Shown: one piece after another, positions 55,801 through 64,000 of the stretch
Position numbering within the stretch: the stretch's first letter is position 1
Layout of the letters: each line of letters starts with the position of its first letter
Assembly: GCA_964276515.1 (NCBI GenBank)
Contig: OZ193910.1
Location: 186,001-250,000, forward strand
Source of the DNA: Gordius albopunctatus
Lineage: Eukaryota
DNA length: 64,000 nucleotides
Direction of reading: 5' to 3'
Position numbers and translations under genes: made by a program
The notes under the pieces: generated by a model
Databases searched by the model: none
Seen by the model: the letters and a program-made list of their open reading frames with translations, nothing else
Told to the model about the DNA's origin: nothing

Positions 55801-56301
55801 GATTAGGATTCTTATTCAAAAAAAGCTCTTCAAAAAAAGCTGATCAGAAAAAAAGCTAATAAACCAATAGGAACATTTGGCAATTTCGACGTATAGCAGT
55901 GCATACAATCTAATGTAAATTTAGGAATATTTGGCAATTTCTGCGTATAGTGCAGAATATCTAATTGAGAATTTAAACGTATTCTCCCGCAATTTAGATC
56001 AATCCATGGATTTAAGATTCTTTCGCAGATTTAACCTTCTAACGGAAGTTTTCCCACCATTTTTGAATATCCCATTTTAATACCATTATTAATGAATCTA
56101 ATTATTAGATCTTATTTTTAAAAATCCTATTTTTGAATATATAACCCATTTTTATATATTCAATATTTAAATTTTATTTTCAAATTTGATATGCGACATA
56201 CTCCTCATAAGACATCAAGTACATTTTAAGGTCTAGATTTTTTTATTAGCTTTTTTTCTGATACTTTTTTTGAAGAGCTTTTTTTGAACAGAAACGCAAT
56301 C
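55801..56301. mobile_element. MITE with AAAAAAGCT-rich TIRs (related sequence at about 52925-53530)
   Basis: ttcaaaaaaagctcttcaaaaaaagctgatcagaaaaaaagctaataaa mirrors tttattagcttttttttctgatac...gaagagctttttttgaa. The interior matches 53360-53490. Confidence 0.7.
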
Positions 56302-56379
56302 AAAATATTACGAATACAGCATCAACTTGGTACAGCCCTCTTTATACTTAAACTTTACAAAACTCTAGCTTCCTTATCA

Positions 56380-56399
56380 GAGAGAGAGAGAGAGAGAGA
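56380..56399. repeat. (AG)n microsatellite
   Basis: gagagagagagagagagaga. Confidence 0.9.
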
Positions 56400-56620
56400 C
56401 CTGCATCCCAGCTCTGTAGCCGGTTTGACCGGTTGCGTTAGCCAGGCACCGGGTCGAGCTATGAAGAACATAGGGATATGATGATCAATAGATAATATCT
56501 GGCTCAAATTGAATAAGATCCAACATTCACTGTCTCATGTGTAAAAGGGGATTTTATAAAGAATCCTATTCTTACATTCTCACACATTATTTCCCTTTCA
56601 TTACCCTATTCATTATGACT

Positions 56621-59600
56621 TGTTCTTTCTTCTTCTTTCTATGACTGCTTGTCACCTAGGCTGGTGGTCAGTCCTTTCAGCATTCGTTTCCATTTGTTTC
56701 TATGTTTACATAGATCTTTCTTTATCTTGTGGACTTTCATATCATACTGTATTTTATGAATCCAGGTAAGCTTGGGTCTTCCTCTCCTTCGTTTTCCTGC
56801 GAAATTTATCAACTCGATTTTCTTTCCTGCGTAGCTATCGTCCCTTCTTTCGACATGGCCATACCATCTTAGTCTATTTGTTAGGAGCTTTGTCGCAATT
56901 GATGTAGTACCCAAAATTCTTCTTATTTCTTCATTTTGCCTATGGTCCTTTTTGCTTACCCCTAGCACCCATCTTAGCATTCTCATCTCCATGTCTTCAA
57001 GACGCTCATGATTCCGAGCTATACAGGACTGTTGGCTGTATGATGGATTTATACAGTGCGCCTTTCAGTCTTCTCGGGATGTTTTTGTCGCACAGAACAC
57101 CTGTCAAGTCCCTCCACTTGAGCCATCCGGAATTTATCCTTGCTTGGATTTCTTTATCCATTCCACCATCCGATTGAAGTGTTGATCCTAAATATTTGAA
57201 GGAATCCACACTTGTAAGTTGCCAATCGCCTAAAGTAAGGGTTGCACTTTGCTGGTTTTCATCCGATTTAAACTTTGTCTTCATGTATTCTGTTTTCTTT
57301 CGATTTACCCTGAGACCACTTTCTTCTATTGCATTTACCCATCTATTTACAGTATTAGCCAATTCTTGTTCACTTTTGGCACAGAGAATTATATCGTCTG
57401 CAAAGATCATTGCCCAAGGAGCTTCCTCGCCCAAATCCTTGGTAATATTATCCATTATCATTATGAATAGGAAGGGACTAAGAGCTGAACCTTGATGGAC
57501 TCCCGTATTAATGGCGAAGCCCTTTGTAGTCCCCACCGTTGTTCTAACATACGTTCTATTTCCCTTGTACATATCCTTTATTGCTCTGACGTATACTTGT
57601 GGCACATTGTTTTCTTCAAGACATTTCCAAACTAAATTACGAGGAACTTTATCGAACGCTTTTTCAAGATCGATGAAACACATGTGCAAATCCTCTTCCC
57701 TTTCTTTAAACCGTTCCATTAATCTTCTAACACTGTTTAGAGCGTCTGCTGTAGACCTCTCAGGCATAAATCCGAATTGGTTATCTCGAATTTGAACCAT
57801 ACTCCGAAGCCGTTTTTCGATCACTTTTTCCCACACCTTGAAAGTGTGACTCATAAGCTTTATCCCTCTGTAATTGTTGCAATCCTGAATGTCCCCTTTC
57901 ATCTTGTATATCGGGATCATGTAGCTATCCCTCCACTCGTCAGGCATTTTACCCGTTTTCAAGATATTGTTGAAAAGGTTGGCGAGGAATTGTGCACCAG
58001 TATTGCCTAACGCTTTGAAGCCCTCTATTGGTATATTGTCGGGTCCAAGAGCTTTTCCTGACTTTAGTTTACCCATAGCAACTTTCACTTCCGTTTCCGT
58101 GATCCAGTCCGCTGTGTTTAATTCTCCTATTGTATTTTCCTCGTTAGTGTCTTCGACTACGGGCCCCTTTTCAATTGATAAATCGCTATAATACTCGTAC
58201 CATCTTTGTAGTATATGGCTGTCGTGCGTTAGTATTTCTCCCTTTTGACCCTTAATTAGCCGGCATTCTAGGTAATCTTTAGAATTTCGGGCCCTTGACT
58301 TTGTGATTTTGTAGATCAATCTTTCTCCTTCCTTTGAGTTTAGTTTTACATTTATATCGTCGTACACCTTGTTTTTAGCTATCGCTACGAATTTTTTAGC
58401 CGATCTTTTAGCTACTTGGTAAGCTTGCTTATCATTACCATCCTTGCTTTTATACCAAACTTTGTACAATCTCTTCTTTTCCTTGATACATTTTTGCACT
58501 TCTTCATTCCACCACCATGTCTCCTTGAGAATTCTTTTAGTGGGCTTGCTTTCACCTAGTATTTGTCGTCCCGCTTTTCGCATTGTGGCAGCTATACCAT
58601 TCCATTGATCCTCACATGAAGTATTTCCCTTAAATTCAATATGTTTAATTACTTGTTCCTGAAAATGTTGAATATTATCCTTTAGTTTCCTCCATTGTAT
58701 AGTAGCGGCTACTCTTTGTACCTTCTGCCCTTTAATCTAAAGTCCATCACCAACAGCTTGTGTTGGCAGGACAATATTTTACTCGGTATTACCTTAACAT
58801 TTTGAACATACTTTAAGTGCGCTCTGTTGACTAGAAAGAAATCTATCTGAGTGGTACGGCTGCCGCTTTTGTACGTTATAAGATGTTCCTGTCTCTTTTT
58901 GAAGAAGGTATTTCCCATAGCTAGGTCAAAAGCTTGAGCAATTTCTAGAATTTCCGTACCTCCTTCATTTCTTAGGCCGTAACCCCGACCACCGTGATTT
59001 ATTTCAAATCCTCCCCTTGATTTTCCCACGTGACCATTGAGGTCCGCTCCGATAATTATTATTCCTTCTTTACCGAATTGGGATAGAACATCTTCAAGCT
59101 CCTTCCAAAAAGACTCTTTTTCCGTCTCAGAGCATCCACTTTGAGGGGCGTATGCTGATATAACGTTTATCGTAGTAGATTTATAACAAAGCTGTATCGC
59201 CATAATTCTGTCATCGATTCTTTTAACGTCGACGACAGTTTGCTGAAATTCTTCCGATAGAACTATACCGATGCCATTCCGTTGAGTTTCTGTACAGCAT
59301 AAATATAATTTGTATCCGTCCCCTACGTATTTTGCTTTTTGGCCCTTCCATTTGGTCCCTTGTATACAAGCGATATCGATTTTTCTCCTCCTTAGAACGT
59401 CTGCCAATTCTCTGCTCTTGCTAGTCATTGTACCAATATTCCATGACCCGAACTTTATCCTACGCAAACTAATGTCTTTAACCGCTTCCGTTTGTTGAGA
59501 GAGCGGTAGCCTTTGTTTATTTCCCACACATTCCAGGCGAAGAATGCGCGCGTCGCTTAAGGAGGACGCCCTATGGTTTTCATTCTGCGTCTTTGTTGTA

Positions 59601-60000
59601 GTATACATTTTGGTTTATATGGAATGAGGGAGTATTGATATCCCGGCCTTCCAAGCCTGACGCAACTATGTTAGATTTTGGTGCTCAAGCCTGACGGAAC
59701 TATGTTAGATTTTGGTGCTTGACTTCCTACTATTCTTTATGATGCAGTCATTTCTGTGAATTAAACTTTTCTTTTGACCACTCGTATTGATAGGCTTAAT
59801 CTAGCACTTCCATTTCACTAAGTACTCCCTCAAAAAGCCCAGAAATTTTAGTCTGACCCTTCACCAAGAACCTTGCCAATAGGGTGACCCCACCAGTAAC
59901 AAACATAAAAATTGTGTTTGGCTACCAAAGGTATAGCTTCTTGGATCACGAGAGTACACAAGCTCAACCACCACTACAAGCTATTTCTGGCTCGGTTGAG
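56621..60000 (-). mobile_element. Full-length RTE-clade LINE (APE plus RT) with TSD; ORF broken in two places
   Basis: Exact 11-bp TSD tcattatgact (56610-56620, 60001-60011) and a (GAA)-like 3' tail. APE ORF 58709-59608 (GSWNIGTM, SAYAPQ, GADLNGHVG, TQIDF); RT ORF 57006-58583 (FIDLEKAFD, GVHQGSALSP, FADD, FKYLGS); C-terminus 56639-56992 (RLRWYGH, RRRGRP). A 34-bp tandem duplication lies in the 5' UTR (about 59652-59719). Confidence 0.95.
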
Positions 60001-61551
60001 TCATTATGACTATGAGTGAATTATTTATTATTTTTGCACCAAAAGATGCATTCTACCCTCAGTGGCAGCCTCCCTTCACCCCAACAACAAAATCCTGGCC
60101 CAGCTGAAGTTTTACGCGCAATTCAATTCATAAAAATGAATTGTAATTAATTTTATTTATTTATTTTTAAAAAATTAAGCTCGCCCACTTTTCCCAACGA
60201 ATTTATTCCCATTTTTTGCACTTTGTTATGCAATAACTTGCAATACCATTTTCCCCAATTCGCCAGTCATTTTGAAATCCGTGATCTTCCCCCTCCCCCC
60301 ACAAACTATTTTATTATATTGTTATCATCTCAAAGCTCATGGCATTTTAACGGTCTTAAAAAAGACGTTCTAATAACGACACTAAGAAAACAAATTATGG
60401 AAAAAATAGGCGTAATAAATGCTTGGATTCACTTAGGTAACAGAACGTAGATTAAAGAGATGGGCTTCCTATACGTACATATTGTTTATAAAAACGTAAA
60501 ATTGAAATCAAATTAATAATATTTTGTAAATTCCGTAAAATTAAAACTCATTTTGTGATCTAAAATTAATTACACATTAAATTGTTTGATTGGTATATAT
60601 ATACAACTGAAATTCGATGAAAAATCAATAATTGTTCAACTGTGCTAAGCGCCAAAGAAATCTAAATTCCAAGTTCAAGGCTTACTACTTACATCAGATG
60701 CTTCTTCCTTGCTATTGAATCACAAACAATGATGCTAAGCCATTAATAATATTGATTGAATAACAACATGTGTTAAACCTAGAAAAGGCTTTCCTTGTAA
60801 TTTTTTAAAGTCACTCTAGCTAGTTGTTGTAAATTAGACTTCTTTTTGCAAGATTATTCATTGAATTTCCATTATTTTGTTGGTTAAATTAAAGGAAAGT
60901 ATAATCTTTATCAAATATTTTGTAGAAAAAATAAGATTTCGATCTTTCTTTATAAACAAATAATGTATGACGTGTCTTATTAATCTGACCATTAATTTGA
61001 AAGATAACATTTTTAATTTATGAGAATTATTTTAATTTATTGGAAAAAGAATGAGAGATTATGTTGTTTTATTAAAGATCATTTTTGCATGCTTGAATTG
61101 AAATGATTAGCAATAAACAGCCAGGGTGTTTACATGTTTGTTAGTTTCGTTGATAGGCTATTCGATAAATTTATCATTCGAAAATATAACTAATTCTTTC
61201 ATTAAATTCCAAATTCACTAAAAGCTGGTTAGTTATCTATTTTCTGCCCCAATAATTGTTTTAATTACATAACGTATTAATTTATTAACATATGAATTTT
61301 ATTTTTAATTAGCATCATAATTTGCAATATTTATTGTTTTAGGCGCTCATCTAATTATCCGCTAAATTAATAAAACATGTAATTAATTGAAATTTAAAAC
61401 ATATTTTAATGATTTGAACTGGTTCCCTAAACTCGGTTGATTAACAAAAAGACATAAAAACTTTTTTGATATTTTTCAAACTAAAATTAGCTAATATTTA
61501 AAAAATAATAATGAATTTTAAAATTAATATCAAAGCGGAACAAATAAAGGA

Positions 61552-63273
61552 ATGAATCAACCGGAATTAGATGACAATGGGGATAAAATCGTGGACGAAA
61601 AATCAGCTTCAACTAGAACTTTAGTCGAAACGATAAATAGCCCCCCACCCAAGGCCCCGCCCTTACCTGGGACCCAGGGAGCACCGATCAAAAAAATTTA
61701 TAAAGTTAGTTTGTGAAAATGTTTTTTTTTATTTAATCAACCTACAAATAATAATTTATCTAAATAGTTATGGGTAATAATTATATTTCTAATATGTAAG
61801 ATTAAGTTTAATGTGCTTACATTGTAGCCATAAATTGAATGGAAATTAATATTTAAAAATAAAGTTTAAATATATTTTTTTAACTAAAATATGAATTAAA
61901 ATTAAGGATTTCACAAAAAAGACAAAGATTATTTTTGAAATATTTTCTATTTCAATTTCATATTATCGAAAAATATTTGGAAGCAGAGATTGGGAAGCAA
62001 TTGTGACTCTAAATTTTTATATAAATCTTTGCATCGATTATTTTAAAAAAATGCAAATAAAACAATTCGGTAATCAATATTTAATGCGCCAAATAATTTT
62101 GGACCCTATAGAGCGAAAATTTACATTCAAATGTAATTTTTGTCAAAAAATGCTATTTATTCATTCCCCAGCTTTATAATTATAGGAAAAAAATTGAAAT
62201 TTTGCTCCATCATATAAATAATATGATCTAATTACAATCCTTACAATGACAATGATTCAGCCAATTTGTATTGATATTTAAGTTTAATTGATTTTTAACC
62301 ATCGGGAGGAGATTGCTCTTCGATCCCACTTTGTTTATTCCTGCTATTACATTCATTATGGTATGTAAAAACATAGTATTTTCTTACTTATTTATAACAT
62401 TAAATTTTTGAATAAACATTTTACCCTTATCACATTATTTTATTGTATGATTAACTTGATTTTATGTATCGCAACAGCACCATATATAAGAAATAACTTT
62501 TAATATCAGGTATATTGATCTATATGGATTAGTAAGTGTTTCTATTGTTATAGAATCGCTTATAGAATTCTATTTTCAAAACCCACGCTAAAATATTAAA
62601 TTTTACAAAATAAACCTTTCTATTACAGCATCGCTAAACTCGGTTTGCAAAAATATTTTTTATTCAATTACAGCAGCAATCAGATGGTAGGGGACAATGG
62701 GATGCATCTAGCATATCATCTACGGACACGACTTCGTCGGCCTCTGCTCGGGAACATGCTAAAATATTAGAAAACGTTTTGGCAAAGGGTGCTTGCGGTC
62801 CACCCGAGCGTAAACCATTCACTTACACCCCACACCTAGAAGAGTTAAAAGCGGCCAGTAAACGGTGGAAACGATTCAAAGATGCAGAATGTGTGGCCAC
62901 TTCCAAGAGTCCCCTTCAACCCAAACTTAGCAACCCGGTCACGTGTTATCCAGAAACTGAGGCTCCAAATCAATTTCCCCTTCAGTATCAAAGCCCCTCG
63001 CTCATGAACATAGACAGATGGACAGGCAGTAGCGGTTCCAGTAAATTGCCACAAAGACCGACCGGTCCCATGATTACATCGCCGGTACAAGGAGGTCGAA
63101 ATCTGTATTATGGCGACGAGGACAAACCTGCACCTTTCAAGATGGCCCCCGAAATGAGATCGACCCAAGTTTATCGGAGCTTCCCCTACGCAGTACAAAG
63201 GCACGATGGGGTGGACCCCGGATTTACCAGGCCAGTTGAAGTAGTTGGGAACGGCGAAATCCACACTCAGTAA
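61552..63273 (+). CDS. Probable two-exon gene, unknown Pro/Ser-rich protein (about 250 aa)
   Basis: Exon 61552-61704 (MNQPELDDNG...PPPKAPPLPG...IYK|gttagt) joins in phase 0 to the acceptor ttacag|62674, then 600 nt open to TAA at 63273. Both are GC-richer islands in very AT-rich flanks. No recognisable domain. Confidence 0.6.
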
Positions 63274-64000
63274 AAACGATTTAAAAAGGCTCATTCCATA
63301 ATTGATATACTTGATCAAATTGCGAATAAATTAGAGTAATGAATGATGAACTTTTAGAGAAAACAAAATTTTTTAATGATTCCTGTTTCGCTTTGTGTGC
63401 CAAGAAAGTTCTTTAACTCTTATAACTCATTTGGTGCGATAGTTCGCTACTTGCTTTACCATTATTATAAAACGTTTTAGGCTAAAAGGAATATAAAGTA
63501 TAAATGGCGTGATATAAAGCTTTCCTAATATAATGCGTTCACAAATTTGACATTAATTTATACCCTTTCAAATAGCTATTACTTTAAAAACATGGTATTG
63601 GTATGAATTATAAACAGACAACATTAGGAATTATATACTTAAGTTATATACTTCAATAATAATTATTTTTTACTTAAATATTTTGAAATCTTGCATATAT
63701 AATTATTATATCAATGAAAGAAAGGAAATATCGCCCCCTATTCCCATAAACATCAAAGTGGTAAGAAAACCGAATCCCAACCAGGCGGCGGCCACCAACG
63801 CAACTAAAAGTAAAAAAATTAAATAAAAAAAAATATTTTTCAAAACAAATCTTTGCTTTACGCCGCCATGTTAGTAGACGTTTTGGGTCCTAGAGTAAAT
63901 CAAGGTTCGAGTTATTTAGTACCATTCGATACAGCGATACCGGTTGAAATCGTGAACAAAATTACGCTACCAAATGCAACCCATCACGTCCCATCTCACC

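Noticed and set aside
56400..56600. GC-rich stretch after the (AG)n tract
   Set aside because: Probably the end of another retroelement interrupted by the RTE, but no diagnostic motif could be identified.
62845..63318. 157-aa minus-strand ORF
   Set aside because: It is antisense to the plus-strand exon, which has an in-frame acceptor and an upstream partner exon.

Overview
AT-rich eukaryotic DNA from an invertebrate animal, with spliceosomal GT-AG introns as short as 32 nt; not prokaryotic, and no CRISPR, rRNA or complete tRNA was seen. Host genes reconstructed by hand: V-ATPase V0 subunit a (minus strand, runs off the left edge, with two apparently mutually exclusive exons), an SH3-PX-BAR sorting nexin (SNX9/18/33 family), magnesium-dependent phosphatase 1, three intronless rhodopsin-class GPCRs (two are a recent tandem duplication) and a probable two-exon orphan gene. 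Most of the remainder is nested transposon material: a full-length TSD-flanked RTE LINE and its bipartite SINE-like derivative, many CRE-like (restriction-endonuclease-type) non-LTR fragments, BEL/Pao and Gypsy remnants, hAT-type MITEs with 8-bp TSDs, and Helentron-associated (DINE-1/HINE-like) elements, one of which carries a BEL/Pao fragment. The strongest leads are a decayed RT-RNase H with hepadnavirus-like or DIRS-like motifs (47365-48412), a minimal U3-A8 variant hammerhead ribozyme (11326-11362), the cargo-carrying HINE, the V-ATPase exon switch, a 5'-to-3' CpG/GC polarity inside housekeeping genes, and G-rich splice acceptors. All family assignments come from motif recognition by eye; no database search was run.
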